Below are positions 31,373 to 41,040 of a DNA stretch of 64,000 bases, piece by piece; within the stretch, counting starts at the first letter, position 1; the number at the start of each line of letters is the position of its first letter. The position numbers and the translations under genes are program-made. The notes below the pieces were generated by a model. It saw only the letters and a list, made by a program, of their open reading frames with translations. It did no database searches and was not told the origin of the DNA. Source of the DNA: Candidatus Dormiibacterota bacterium (lineage in GTDB: Bacteria; Chloroflexota; Dormibacteria; Aeolococcales; Aeolococcaceae); NCBI GenBank assembly GCA_963709585.1, contig CAVPXI010000014.1, positions 224,001 to 288,000 on the forward strand, given 5' to 3'.

Positions 31373-33081
31373 GCAGGCACCTCCACCAACGCGTGACGTT
31401 CGGCAAGCTGGGCGACGCCCTGGCGCCGGCACCAGTCGCCGAACCCCTCGCCGGGGAGCTGGGTGCGGGCGTACTCGAACAGCGGACCACGCAGTAGGTG
31501 TGGGATCTCCTCGAGCTTGACGTTGCGCATGTAGAGCTCGTTGAGGCGCGTGCCCTCGACGTCACCGCCGAGGAACATGTCGTATTTCCCAAGCGTCGTC
31601 CCGACGAACCCCACGTCGCCGAGATACGGCCTCGTGCAGCCGTTGGGGCAGCCGGTCATGCGGTAGCTGATGCGTTGATCCTCAACTCCTGCCTCGCGCT
31701 GGACCAGCGCGATCTCCCGGATCAGGCTCGGCATCGCCCGTTCCGACTCGGCGACCGCAAGCCCGCAGGTCGGGTATGCCGGGCACGCCATCGAATGCCG
31801 GATCGCGCTCGGCAGCGATTCCGACCGCGCCACCTCCCAGCGATCAAGGATGGTCGTGAACACCTTGCGGCCTGAATCGGTGAGATTGGTGATCAGGATG
31901 TTCTGCTGTGGCGTCAAGCGCAGCTCGGGCCGCAGCGTCTCGACGACCTCGCGCAACGCGGATCGCAGCCCGTCGTGGATGCGTCCGTTCTCGACGAAGA
32001 GTCCGTAGCAGTGCGTGCCGTTCTCCTGCTCGCGCCATCCGAGGTGATCGTCCGCCGTCCTCCAGTGCAGCGGGCGCGACGGCTCGAGCGCGAACGTGAG
32101 CCTGGACGCCACCTCGGCGCGAAACCAGTCGATACCGCGATCCGCGATCAGGTACTTGAGCCGCGCATGACGCCGATCGGTGCGATCACCGTAGTCTCGC
32201 TGCACCGCGACCACCGCACGAGCAGCCTCGACAACATGCTCCGGTCGCACGTACGCGAGCGGCCGCGCCACCGCCGGCCAGGTGTTCGGCTTGTTCGCGG
32301 TGCGGCCGAGGCCGCCACCGGCGAGCAGATCGAATCCGGTGAGGTCGCCGTCGTCGTTTGCGTGGGCAACCAACCCGAGATCGTTGGCGTAGATGTCGAC
32401 GCAGTTGTCGCCCTCGACCGCGATCGCGGTCTTGAATTTGCGCGGCAGGTACCGCTCGCCGTAGAGCGTGTCCGGTGGATCCGGTTGATTCGACGCGGCG
32501 AGCTCGCCGTCGAGCCAGATCTCACAGTACGCACGCGTGGTCGGGGTGAGTCCGCTCACGAGTGCCGCCAGCGCGCGGTTGATCTCGCTGTGCAGACGAT
32601 CGCTCCACGGCGCCGGGCAGGACATGATGTTCCGCTCCTGGTCGCCGCATCCGCCCAGCGTGGTGAGCAGCGACTCGTTGATGGCGCGGATCGCGCGCTT
32701 GAGGTCGCCCTTGAGCACCCCGTGCAGCTGCAGGTCCTGACGGGTGGTGATCCGCAGCGTGCCGTTTCCCCACGCGCCGGCGATGTCGTCGTGTGCGAGA
32801 TAGGCGTCGGGGCTGACGATGCCGCCCGGGATTCGCGTGCGGATCATCGTCATGTGGTGCTTGTCGAGGCCGAGCTTCCGCGCCTCCTTGCGCAGGTCAC
32901 GATCGTCCTGCTGATACACGCCGTGGAACTTGAGGATGACTTCCGCGTCGTCGCTGAAGACCGCCGTGTCCTCGAGCAACTCCTCGCCGAGGCTGCCGCG
33001 AAGACGGTTGCTCCGGGCCTTGACCTGCTCGGCGCCCGACATGCGCTCGAGCTCGGTGGTGCAGCCGCACGCATCGCACAT
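31369..33081 (-). CDS. sir: Assimilatory sulfite reductase hemoprotein (Sir/CysI type)
   Basis: KFHGVYQQDDRD, TTRQ, LPRKFK, ACPAYPTCGLA, TGCPNGC; GGGAG before ATG 33081. Confidence 0.93.
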   Translation of the reverse strand: MCDACGCTTELERMSGAEQVKARSNRLRGSLGEELLEDTAVFSDDAEVILKFHGVYQQDDRDLRKEARKLGLDKHHMTMIRTRIPGGIVSPDAYLAHDDIAGAWGNGTLRITTRQDLQLHGVLKGDLKRAIRAINESLLTTLGGCGDQERNIMSCPAPWSDRLHSEINRALAALVSGLTPTTRAYCEIWLDGELAASNQPDPPDTLYGERYLPRKFKTAIAVEGDNCVDIYANDLGLVAHANDDGDLTGFDLLAGGGLGRTANKPNTWPAVARPLAYVRPEHVVEAARAVVAVQRDYGDRTDRRHARLKYLIADRGIDWFRAEVASRLTFALEPSRPLHWRTADDHLGWREQENGTHCYGLFVENGRIHDGLRSALREVVETLRPELRLTPQQNILITNLTDSGRKVFTTILDRWEVARSESLPSAIRHSMACPAYPTCGLAVAESERAMPSLIREIALVQREAGVEDQRISYRMTGCPNGCTRPYLGDVGFVGTTLGKYDMFLGGDVEGTRLNELYMRNVKLEEIPHLLRGPLFEYARTQLPGEGFGDWCRRQGVAQLAERHALVEVPA

Positions 33082-33262
33082 GATCAGACCGACTCCCGGT
33101 CTGCATGCGGTCGGAAAGGGCTTGGTGTTCCGGGCATTTGCGTTGTGTTGTGACCTGTGCTCGCACGCGCGGCTGTCGCGCGCGAATGGGTTTGCACTGT
33201 TCTGGCGCGGCACGCCGGCCGCGATGTGTCGGCGAGGCACCGGAGGTGCCTCAGCGCGAGTA

Positions 33263-33352
33263 CTAGCCGCTACAGTGGGCGATGCCCGAACGGATACGTC
33301 CCCAGTCGAGCCAGAACCGCCGGGTGAGTGTAGGGAGATCCGCGCCGTTCAT
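33263..33352 (-). CDS. Putative Cys-sensing leader peptide MNGADLPTLTRRFWLDWGRIRSGIAHCSG
   Basis: 29-aa ORF 10 nt after the -10 box, upstream of sir, followed by hairpin 33234-33252. Confidence 0.65.
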   Translation of the reverse strand: MNGADLPTLTRRFWLDWGRIRSGIAHCSG

Positions 33353-33362
33353 CTGGCTGCAC

Positions 33363-33392
33363 ATCCTACGGAATCCCCACTCGTCTAGTCAA
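33363..33392 (-). promoter_or_regulatory. Sigma70-type promoter of the sir-cysH-cysG operon
   Basis: TTGACT-N18-TAGGAT. Confidence 0.7.
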
Positions 33393-33744
33393 CTTTCGTA
33401 TTCACGTTCGCGCCGTCGGTGACGAAATCGACCTCGGTGAAGAAGCACGTGCGCTCGCCCGTATGGCACGCGGGGCCGTCGGGATGAACGTTGAGCAGCA
33501 CCGCATCACCGTCACAGTCGATGCGAACCGCTCGCACGTGCATGATGTTCCCGCTGGTCTCGCCCTTCTCCCACAAGCGCTGCCGCGAGCGGCTGAAGAA
33601 CGTCGCGCGGCCGGTGCGAAGCGTCGCTTCCCACGCGTCGCGATTCATGTGCGCGACCATCAGCACCTCCGACGTCGTCGCATTCTGCACGACCGCCGTG
33701 ACCAGCCCGTCGTCGCCGAACCGCGGCCGGATGGGGTCGGTCAC
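33385..33744 (-). CDS. hisI: Phosphoribosyl-AMP cyclohydrolase
   Basis: [29 protein letters not shown]. Confidence 0.95.
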   Translation of the reverse strand: MTDPIRPRFGDDGLVTAVVQNATTSEVLMVAHMNRDAWEATLRTGRATFFSRSRQRLWEKGETSGNIMHVRAVRIDCDGDAVLLNVHPDGPACHTGERTCFFTEVDFVTDGANVNTKVD

Positions 33745-34499
33745 AAGCGGACCTCCACCCCATGATCGTGCAGGTAGCGCTTGGTCTCGGGGACGGGATA
33801 GGCGTCGAAGTGAAAGATGGATGCGGCAAGCGCCGCGGCGGCGCCCGCGCCGGCCAGCACGCCGCGCAGGTGCTCGGGGTTGCCGGCGCCACCACTGGCG
33901 ATCACGGGCACGTCAACGGCCGCCACCACCTCTGCGGTCAGGTCGAGGTCGTACCCGTTCCTGGTCCCGTCCTGGTCCATCGACGTCAGCAGGATCTCGC
34001 CGGCACCGCGTTCGGCGGCTTCACGCGCCCAGTCCACCGCCATCCGCCCGGTGGCGTGACGCCCGCCGCGCGAGTACACCTCGTGACCACTCCCCCTTCG
34101 CCTCGCATCGATCGCGATCACGACGCACTGGCACCCGAACCGGCTCGCGGCCGCCTCGATGAGCGCCGGATCCTCGAGCGCCGCCGTGTTGATGGACACC
34201 TTGTCGGCACCGGCGCGGAGCAGGACGTCGATATCCGCGATGCTGCGTACGCCGCCGCCGACGGTCAGCGGGATGAACACCCGGTCGGCGGTTCGTTGCA
34301 CGGCGTCGAGCAGGATCGCGCGCCCGTCACTCGACGCGGTGATGTCGAGGAACACGAGCTCGTCCGCCCGGTCCTCGTCATACCGGGCCGCGAGCTCGGC
34401 CGGGTCACCCGCATCGCGCAGGTCGACGAATGCGACGCCCTTCATCACCCGGCCCGCAACGACGTCGAGGCATGGGATGACCCGCTTGGCGAGGGTCAT
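33741..34499 (-). CDS. hisF: Imidazole glycerol phosphate synthase cyclase subunit
   Basis: [34 protein letters not shown]. Confidence 0.96.
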   Translation of the reverse strand: MTLAKRVIPCLDVVAGRVMKGVAFVDLRDAGDPAELAARYDEDRADELVFLDITASSDGRAILLDAVQRTADRVFIPLTVGGGVRSIADIDVLLRAGADKVSINTAALEDPALIEAAASRFGCQCVVIAIDARRRGSGHEVYSRGGRHATGRMAVDWAREAAERGAGEILLTSMDQDGTRNGYDLDLTAEVVAAVDVPVIASGGAGNPEHLRGVLAGAGAAAALAASIFHFDAYPVPETKRYLHDHGVEVRL

Positions 34500-35230
34500 G
34501 AGGCGGCGCTCTCGACCGCCCGCATCGCGAGCGCGAGGTCGACCCGACCTTCGTAGAGCGCCTTGCCGACGATGACCCCGGCCGCTCCGGCGGCGGCGCA
34601 GGCGGTGATGTCGTCGAGGCTTCCGATACCCCCCGAGGCGATCACCGGCCCGCCGTACAGCTCGAGACAGCTGCGCAGCCCGTCGAGGTCGGGACCGGCG
34701 AGCAACCCGTCTCGCGCCGTGTCGGTGTACACGACACCCGCGGCGGGCCACGTTCGCCATTCGCGGAGCAGCTCTGCCGCCGTGGCTCCGTCCTCGGTCC
34801 ATCCCTCCACCCGCGCGACGCCGGCGCGAACGTCGAGGCTGAGAAGGACGTGGCCGTGCGCGGCAACGCAGATCGCGATCGCAAGGTCCGGGTTTCTCGC
34901 GGCCACGCTGCCCACGATGACCAGCGAAGCGCCGGCGTCCAGCCAGCGCGCGGCTGCGTCGATGTCGCGAATGCCGCCTCCGACCTGCACCGCGCAGCCG
35001 GCCGCGACCGAAACCGCGACCATGCGCGCGACCGCGGCAACGCTGTCCGGCGCCGCCAATCCTCGAGCCGCGTCGAGATTCACCACGTGCAGGCGCGCAG
35101 CACCTGCATCGATGAATCTCCGGGCCGCAACCACCGGGTCAGCCGCGTAGACGGTCGCCTGCGCACGATCACCCTGCCGGAGCCGCACGCACCGGCCGCC
35201 CTGCACATCAACAGCGGGGATCACGTCCAT
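34496..35230 (-). CDS. hisA: ProFAR isomerase
   Basis: [31 protein letters not shown]. Confidence 0.95.
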   Translation of the reverse strand: MDVIPAVDVQGGRCVRLRQGDRAQATVYAADPVVAARRFIDAGAARLHVVNLDAARGLAAPDSVAAVARMVAVSVAAGCAVQVGGGIRDIDAAARWLDAGASLVIVGSVAARNPDLAIAICVAAHGHVLLSLDVRAGVARVEGWTEDGATAAELLREWRTWPAAGVVYTDTARDGLLAGPDLDGLRSCLELYGGPVIASGGIGSLDDITACAAAGAAGVIVGKALYEGRVDLALAMRAVESAAS

Positions 35231-35233
35231 GAC

Positions 35234-35878
35234 TCACCCCGCGCGCTGCGCGGGCACGCGCGCCGCGCACATCGAGACGAAGTTCGCGTACACCCGCAAC
35301 CCCGCGGCACCACTCTTCTCAGGGTGAAACTGCGTGCCCATCACCGAGCCTCGTTCGACGGCAGCGACCAGGTCGTCACCGTATGCGGTCACCGCGACAG
35401 TGTCACCCGGCTCGGACACCGCGGCGTACGAATGCACGAAATACATGTAGGCACCGGACGCGACACCGTCGAGCAGTGCTGACTCCCGCAGGGTCGTGAT
35501 CGTGTTCCAGCCCATGTGGGGCACCTTGAGCCCGCCGCTTGGTGACAGCTCGACGACGTGTCCGCGCAGCAGTGCCAGGCCCTCGCCGCCGTGCCCCTCA
35601 TCACTGCCATCGAAGAGCAGCTGGTGCCCGAGGCACACGCCGAGCACTGGCCGGTCGCGCCGCGCCAGCTCGCGCACCGCGTGGCCGAGACCCGTATCCG
35701 ACAAGGCTCGCGCGGCAACCGAGAACGCACCGACCCCCGGGAGCACCACGCCGTCGCACGCGAGGATCGTGCCCGGGTCAGCGCTGATGACCGGCTCCGC
35801 GCCGGCGACCTGGAGCGCGCGCTCGACGCTGCGCAGGTTGCCGACCCCGTAGTCGCAGACTCCGACGCGCGGGGTCAC
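35234..35878 (-). CDS. hisH: IGP synthase glutamine amidotransferase
   Basis: DYGVGNL, LPGVGAF, GVCLG, QFHPEKS. Confidence 0.96.
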   Translation of the reverse strand: MTPRVGVCDYGVGNLRSVERALQVAGAEPVISADPGTILACDGVVLPGVGAFSVAARALSDTGLGHAVRELARRDRPVLGVCLGHQLLFDGSDEGHGGEGLALLRGHVVELSPSGGLKVPHMGWNTITTLRESALLDGVASGAYMYFVHSYAAVSEPGDTVAVTAYGDDLVAAVERGSVMGTQFHPEKSGAAGLRVYANFVSMCAARVPAQRAG

Positions 35879-36465
35879 AGCGTCCCTTTCGTCGACGGCA
35901 CCCCACCACCCACGACGCGAAACGCCTCGCGCGTGGCGAGGCCGAGCGCCTTGAATGCGGCTTCGGCGATGTGATGGAGGTTGTCGCCGCGGATGCAGTC
36001 CAGGTGGATGGTGGCGCCGGCCGCCTGCGCATAGCCCTTGACGAATTCGGCGATGACCTCCACGTCGAAATCATTGATGCGTCCGTGCAGCGGCTCCATC
36101 GCGTAGACGACGTGTGGGCGGCGCCCGTAGTCGACGACACAGCGCACCAGTGACTCGTCGAGGGGCGCGTGCGCCTCCCCGAATCGCCTGATGCCGTCAC
36201 GGTCGCCGAGCGCGTCGCTCACCGCCGCCCCGAGCACGAGGCCGACGTCCTCCACCAGGTGGTGCGCGTCGACGTCGATGTCACCGGCGCCCTCGAGCGC
36301 GACGTCCATGCCGCTGTACTTGGTGAACGCTTCGATCATGTGCTTGAAGAACGGCAGTGGCAAGGAGATCGCGGCGATGCCGGTGCCGTCGATGGTCACG
36401 TCCGCGCTGATCTGCGTCTCACGCGTGTCCCGCCGTATCGTGGCGGTGCGCAACCCCGACTTCAT
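35875..36465 (-). CDS. hisB: Imidazoleglycerol-phosphate dehydratase
   Basis: R.TRET, DAHHLVED, NLHHIAEAAFK, PSTKG. Confidence 0.95.
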   Translation of the reverse strand: MKSGLRTATIRRDTRETQISADVTIDGTGIAAISLPLPFFKHMIEAFTKYSGMDVALEGAGDIDVDAHHLVEDVGLVLGAAVSDALGDRDGIRRFGEAHAPLDESLVRCVVDYGRRPHVVYAMEPLHGRINDFDVEVIAEFVKGYAQAAGATIHLDCIRGDNLHHIAEAAFKALGLATREAFRVVGGGVPSTKGTL

Positions 36466-37805
36466 GGCTCCCGCGCGACGCGCATCCGAGCGCGAATCGC
36501 TCCCTCGTGCGCGGCCAGTCCCTCGGCCTCGGCGAGGCAGATCGCCACCGGCGCCAGCGCATCGAACTCGGCGTCCGAGAGATGCACGACGCTCGGCCAT
36601 CGGACGAAGTCCATCACCGCGAGCGGTCCTCGATATCGAGCGGCCCCCTGGGTCGGCAGGGTGTGGTTCGGACCGGCGACGTAGTCTCCAATGCTCACCG
36701 GGGACATCGACCCGACGAACACCGCGCCCGCGTTGCGCACCGAGGCGCGCAGCGATTCCGCGGCGGCCCCCTGGAGCGAGAGATGCTCGGGGGCGAAGGC
36801 GGCCGCGAGCGTGACCATCTCCTCGGGGGACGTGCAGCGCACCACCGCCGCATGCCTGCCCGCCGCGATGCCGATGATCGCCTGCCGCACCGCATCGCCG
36901 GCGATACCGGCGAACCGTGTGGCGATCGACTCGGCGAGCACGGCGTCGTCGGTGAGACACACTGCCCAGGCGAGCGGATCGTGCTCGAGCTGCGACACCA
37001 GATCGGCGGCGACCATCTCGGGATCCGCCCCGGCGGTGGCGATGACGACGATCTCGCTCGGTCCGGCAAGCTGATCGATGCCCACGGCACCGAACACCTC
37101 GTGCTTCGCCAGGGTCACGAACGCGTTGCCGGGCCCCACGATCTTGTCCACCCTATCGATGCTCTCGGTGCCGAAAGCGAGCGCCGCGATCGCCTGCGCG
37201 CCACCAGCGGCGACCAGCTCGCGCACGCCGAGCAGATGCGCCGCGGCCGCGACCAGGGGATGGACCCCACCGCTCGGTGCCGGTGGGCTGGCGACCACGA
37301 TGCGCTCGACCCCCGCAACCTGTGCGGGGATCACCGACATGAGCACGGTGCTCGGGTAGGCAGCGCGGCCGCCTGGCACGTAGCAGCCGACGCGACCGAG
37401 CGGCACCGGGTGCAGCCATGCGCCGCCCGCGCCGCGATCGAGCACGTCAACCTGCAGCGCGTGGAACTCGCGGAGCCGCTGCGCCGCGGCGGTGAGCGCA
37501 TTGCGCAGCGGTTGCCCGAGCCCATCCCATGCCGCCTTCATGGTCGCGCGATCGACGTGGACCGCCTCGACGTCGACACCATCGATCCGGTACGTCCACT
37601 CGCGCAGCGCCGCGTCCCCGCGGGCACGGACATCGGCGATGATCTCGCGCACCGCGTCGCGCGCGTCGATCTCACGGTGAAAGAGTCGTTCGAGGCGCTC
37701 GGTGGTCGCCGGATCGATGTCGGTCGCGGAGAATCCCACGCGCTCGCGCCCGACGATGACGGCTCGGAACTGCGCTGGATCGAGAACGGCGAGCTCGATG
37801 GTCAT
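36462..37805 (-). CDS. hisD: Histidinol dehydrogenase
   Basis: YVPGGRAAYPS, GGAQAI, GPGN, AGPSE, APEHL, GPNHTLPT. Confidence 0.96.
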   Translation of the reverse strand: MTIELAVLDPAQFRAVIVGRERVGFSATDIDPATTERLERLFHREIDARDAVREIIADVRARGDAALREWTYRIDGVDVEAVHVDRATMKAAWDGLGQPLRNALTAAAQRLREFHALQVDVLDRGAGGAWLHPVPLGRVGCYVPGGRAAYPSTVLMSVIPAQVAGVERIVVASPPAPSGGVHPLVAAAAHLLGVRELVAAGGAQAIAALAFGTESIDRVDKIVGPGNAFVTLAKHEVFGAVGIDQLAGPSEIVVIATAGADPEMVAADLVSQLEHDPLAWAVCLTDDAVLAESIATRFAGIAGDAVRQAIIGIAAGRHAAVVRCTSPEEMVTLAAAFAPEHLSLQGAAAESLRASVRNAGAVFVGSMSPVSIGDYVAGPNHTLPTQGAARYRGPLAVMDFVRWPSVVHLSDAEFDALAPVAICLAEAEGLAAHEGAIRARMRVAREP

Positions 37806-38456
37806 GCGGCACCTGCGGTGAGGCGCAGAGCTGCGGCGCGGCGGAGCGCGAGCGCGAGTGCCCCCACCGACTCATTGCGAGTTCTTGAGCGCCGCATGGT
37901 TGGCGATCAGTCGAGCGGTGGAAGTCCCCGCCTCGGCGATCTCGACCAGGTTGTTCGCCGCCAGCGTCCGTCCGGTCGCGGTGATGTCGAGCACGCAGTC
38001 GGCGAGGCCGGTCAGCGGCGCAAGCTCCACCGACCCGTGCAGACGGATCACGACGACGTTCAACGAACGCGCGGCGAAGAAGCGGCGCGCGGATACCGGA
38101 TATTTGGTCGCGACCCGCACCGCCTGCGGCCACACCCCACGCGCGAGCGCCGAATCGCGGGGAGCCGCGAGCACGAGGCGGCACTGACCGAAGCCGAGGT
38201 CGGCGAGCTCGTAGCATTCACGGCTGCTCTCCCAGAGCACGTCCTTGCCGACGATGCCGCATTCGCAGCCGCCCATCTCCACGTACACCGGCACATCTGT
38301 CGGGCGCACCTTCACATACACGTCGTCGCCGTCGCGAATGCTCAGCTCCCGGTCGAAACGCGCTGGATCGAGACGGGTGATCCCAGCCGCGTTGAGCAGG
38401 CCGCACGCGCTCTCGAACAGCGTTCCCCCAGGGAGCGCAACGCGCAAACCCTTCAC
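37802..38456 (-). CDS. hisG: ATP phosphoribosyltransferase, short form (frameshift at ~37880)
   Basis: GIVGKDVL, VATKYP, GSVELAP; removing one base extends the frame to a TGA overlapping the hisD ATG. Confidence 0.92.
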
Positions 38457-39700
38457 GGCACTCGCGCAACGAGCGCAGCCACCGCCGCGTCGACGGTGCC
38501 GTGCTGGTCACGTCCAAGGTGTGACCAGCGAGCACCGGAAGGGCTCACCCTGACGTCACCGTGACCTCCCGCGGCGAGATCGCACGCGCAGGCAACGCCA
38601 CGCCGGCGCAGGCCGCGGGCCAGTTCCAGCGCATCCGCATGCGCGCCGTCGTCCCAGCTGACCTGGAGCACATCGGGTGCGGCGAGCACGCCCGCGCGGC
38701 GCACGATGCTGTCCTGGCAGCGATCAACGTGAAGCACGAAGCCGGTTGCGGGGAGTGCGGCACCGAAGCGAGAGAGGAGCGTGTCGTACCGTCCCCCTGA
38801 CCCCAGCGCGAAGCCCGAGTCCTCGCTGAAGACTTCGAAGGTCGGTCCGGTGTAGTAGCCCCAGTCGCGGACCGCGCCGAGATCAAGGTGCACGCGATCG
38901 GTGATGGCGTGCGCGTCGAGCAGATCCCACAGCTGGGCAAGTTCCTGGAGCGCGCGATGCGGCCGTTCGCCGCGGAGTTCCCCGGCGGCGGTGTCGAGGA
39001 TGTCGCGGCCGCCGCGAAGCGTCGGAAACGCGAGCAGCAGGCGGCGCTCCGCGTCCGCGGCGTCGGTGCCGTCCAGCGCCGACTCGACCGCGACCAGGTC
39101 CCGGCGCGCGAGCGCGGCCAGCACCTCCTCGCGTGCGGTCGGGTCCAGCCCCGCGGAATCGAGCAGCCCGGGGATGAAGTCGGCGTGACCGACGTCGACC
39201 TGGATGTGCTCCACGCCACCGCGTTCGAGCGCCGCGGCGGCAAGCGCGATGCACTCGGCGTCGGCGGCCAGACCGCCGGCGCCGACAAGCTCGCATCCCG
39301 CCTGGAGGCTCTCGCGTCGCCGACCCGCGTTGAGCGCCTGATTGCGCAGCACCGAGCCGGCGTAGCAGAGGCGCAGTGGAAAAGGGCCGTCGTGGAGTTG
39401 GGTGGCGACCACGCGAGCCACACTCACCGTGCGCTCGCCCACGAGCGCGAGCAGCGCTCCATCCGAATCCATGAAGCGGAAGAGGGCCGACTGCTGGACG
39501 CCGCCGACACCTGCCGCGATGGTGTCCAGCGGCTCGATCAGCGGGGTGACCATGAAGCCGTAACCCCATGCCTCGAAGGTCTCGATGAGCCGATCGGTGA
39601 GCACCCGGCGGCGGCCGGCCGGACCGACGAGGTGATCGGCGAATCCATCGGCGCGCCCGCGAACCGATGCGCCGGGCGGCAGCGCGTCGAGGCCTGTCAT
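38453..39700 (-). CDS. hisZ: ATP phosphoribosyltransferase regulatory subunit
   Basis: HisRS-like fold: PLRLCY.G.V.R, QAGCELVG, YYTG, GGRYD. Confidence 0.92.
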   Translation of the reverse strand: MTGLDALPPGASVRGRADGFADHLVGPAGRRRVLTDRLIETFEAWGYGFMVTPLIEPLDTIAAGVGGVQQSALFRFMDSDGALLALVGERTVSVARVVATQLHDGPFPLRLCYAGSVLRNQALNAGRRRESLQAGCELVGAGGLAADAECIALAAAALERGGVEHIQVDVGHADFIPGLLDSAGLDPTAREEVLAALARRDLVAVESALDGTDAADAERRLLLAFPTLRGGRDILDTAAGELRGERPHRALQELAQLWDLLDAHAITDRVHLDLGAVRDWGYYTGPTFEVFSEDSGFALGSGGRYDTLLSRFGAALPATGFVLHVDRCQDSIVRRAGVLAAPDVLQVSWDDGAHADALELARGLRRRGVACACDLAAGGHGDVRVSPSGARWSHLGRDQHGTVDAAVAALVARVP

Positions 39701-39709
39701 GCGGGGATT

Positions 39710-40777
39710 CTACGTGCGACTCAGGATTGACCCGTCGAGATCCGAGATCGCGGCGAGCAGGCGATCGGTCGCCGCGGCGTCGCCGACGGTGATCCTCAGA
39801 GCGCCCTCCAGGCCGGGAACCGCGAAGTGGCGGACGAGGATCCGCGCATCCCGGAGGCGGGTTGCGATCGCGGCCGCGCTGACCCCCGAAGGCGGCGACG
39901 CGAACACGAAATTCGCATCCGAGGGCGGAACCGTCCATCCGAGTCCACGAAGTCGATCGCTCATGCGCGCGCGCTCGCGGAGCACCGTTTCGACGATGAG
40001 ACGGTGATGCGCCTGATCCTCGAGTGCCGCGATCGCCCCGGCGATCGCACAGCGATCCACGGGGTACGAGTTGCGCACCGCGTTGAGGTCGGCGACCACC
40101 GCCTGGTCGCCGAGTGCGTATCCAACCCGAAGGCCCGCGAGCGCATGCGACTTCGACAGCGTCCGGACAACCAGCCAGTTCGTGTGCGCGGCAAGGAGCG
40201 GGACGCACGAGGCCGGCGCGAAATCGCAGTAGGCCTCGTCGATCGCGACCACACCTCCGGCCTCGCGCAGCCGGGTCTCCAGGATCGCGGGCGGGGTCCA
40301 GTGTCCGGTCGGTGCGTTCGGATTGACGACGACACGGAGAACGGCATGCCGGAGGGCGAACTCCGCCGGCAGCGAGCCGTCAGGGTCGAGCTCAACCGGA
40401 TCGTCGCGGATCGAGAAGAGCGCCGCCAGCACCGGAAGCAGCGAGTACCCGGGCTCGGTGCGCACGACCGTGTCGCCCGGCGATGCGAACGCGCGAAAGC
40501 AGCAGTCGAGCACCTGGTCGGCACCGTTGGCGACGAACACCTGCTCCGGCTCGACGCGATGCCGGCGGGCGAGCGTGCTCCGCAAGGGCTCGGCGACCGG
40601 GCTCGGATAGCGAGCCAGGTCGGCGGCCGCGGCGGCGACGGCCGCGGCCACCGTCGCCGACGGTGGAAGCGGCGACTTGTTGCTGTTGAGCTTCAGCCAG
40701 CCGCCCGCATCCGACGGCTGCTCGCCCGGCGTGTATCCGAAATCGGCACCGAGCGATGCACGCAGGAACCTCGACAC
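39710..40777 (-). CDS. hisC: Histidinol-phosphate aminotransferase
   Basis: YTPGEQP, NPNAPTG, IDEAY, RTLSKSHALAGLRVG. Confidence 0.93.
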   Translation of the reverse strand: MSRFLRASLGADFGYTPGEQPSDAGGWLKLNSNKSPLPPSATVAAAVAAAAADLARYPSPVAEPLRSTLARRHRVEPEQVFVANGADQVLDCCFRAFASPGDTVVRTEPGYSLLPVLAALFSIRDDPVELDPDGSLPAEFALRHAVLRVVVNPNAPTGHWTPPAILETRLREAGGVVAIDEAYCDFAPASCVPLLAAHTNWLVVRTLSKSHALAGLRVGYALGDQAVVADLNAVRNSYPVDRCAIAGAIAALEDQAHHRLIVETVLRERARMSDRLRGLGWTVPPSDANFVFASPPSGVSAAAIATRLRDARILVRHFAVPGLEGALRITVGDAAATDRLLAAISDLDGSILSRT

Positions 40778-40832
40778 GGCGTGATCAGGACGATGCCGTT
40801 GCGCTCTGCATGGGTGGCGAAAGGATAGGTGG

Positions 40833-40862
40833 TTGACGCGATGGATCGACCGCTGCTACGCT
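40833..40862 (+). promoter_or_regulatory. Sigma70-type promoter of the lysine operon
   Basis: TTGACG-N18-TACGCT. Confidence 0.7.
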
Positions 40863-40872
40863 GCACCCCGTC

Positions 40873-40950
40873 ATGCAGACGTCCGCGCGCCTCGCTAAAA
40901 AAGCCGTCTCGCTCCCGAGGAGTGGGTTCCTTTGCGCACGGATGAGGTGA
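40873..40950 (+). CDS. Lysine attenuator leader peptide MQTSARLAKKAVSLPRSGFLCARMR
   Basis: Tandem AAA AAA codons, upstream of a terminator and of homocitrate synthase. Confidence 0.75.
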   Translation: MQTSARLAKKAVSLPRSGFLCARMR

Positions 40951-40982
40951 CGGCGACCAGTTAGCACCGGATCAGATTCCGC

Positions 40983-41017
40983 GAAGAGCCCCTTCCTCGA
41001 AGGGGCTCTTTTCTTTT
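40983..41017 (+). terminator. Intrinsic terminator (attenuator) before the lysine operon
   Basis: AAGAGCCCCTTC-CTC-GAAGGGGCTCTT followed by TTCTTTT. Confidence 0.9.
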
Positions 41018-41040
41018 GTCCACCAGCACATTCGGAAGAC

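Noticed and set aside
29258-31432. Apparent 724-aa CysH-CysG fusion in the ORF track
   Set aside because: Artefact of one extra base at ~30875; the corrected cysH stops at a TGA overlapping the cysG ATG
33085-33385. SAM or other riboswitch upstream of the sulfur operon
   Set aside because: No SAM-I core consensus was recognisable; a leader ORF explains the region better. An Rfam scan was not run
26702-38564. Long antisense ORFs (e.g. 26702-28447, 36507-38564)
   Set aside because: Shadow frames of well-supported genes with no recognisable motifs
33385-40777. Absence of hisE from the his operon
   Set aside because: hisE is often encoded separately; this cannot be judged from one window
40785-40827. 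8-codon uORF (MQSATASS) after TATCCT upstream of hisC
   Set aside because: No His codons or terminator; it may be chance or a mis-sequenced hisC N-terminus
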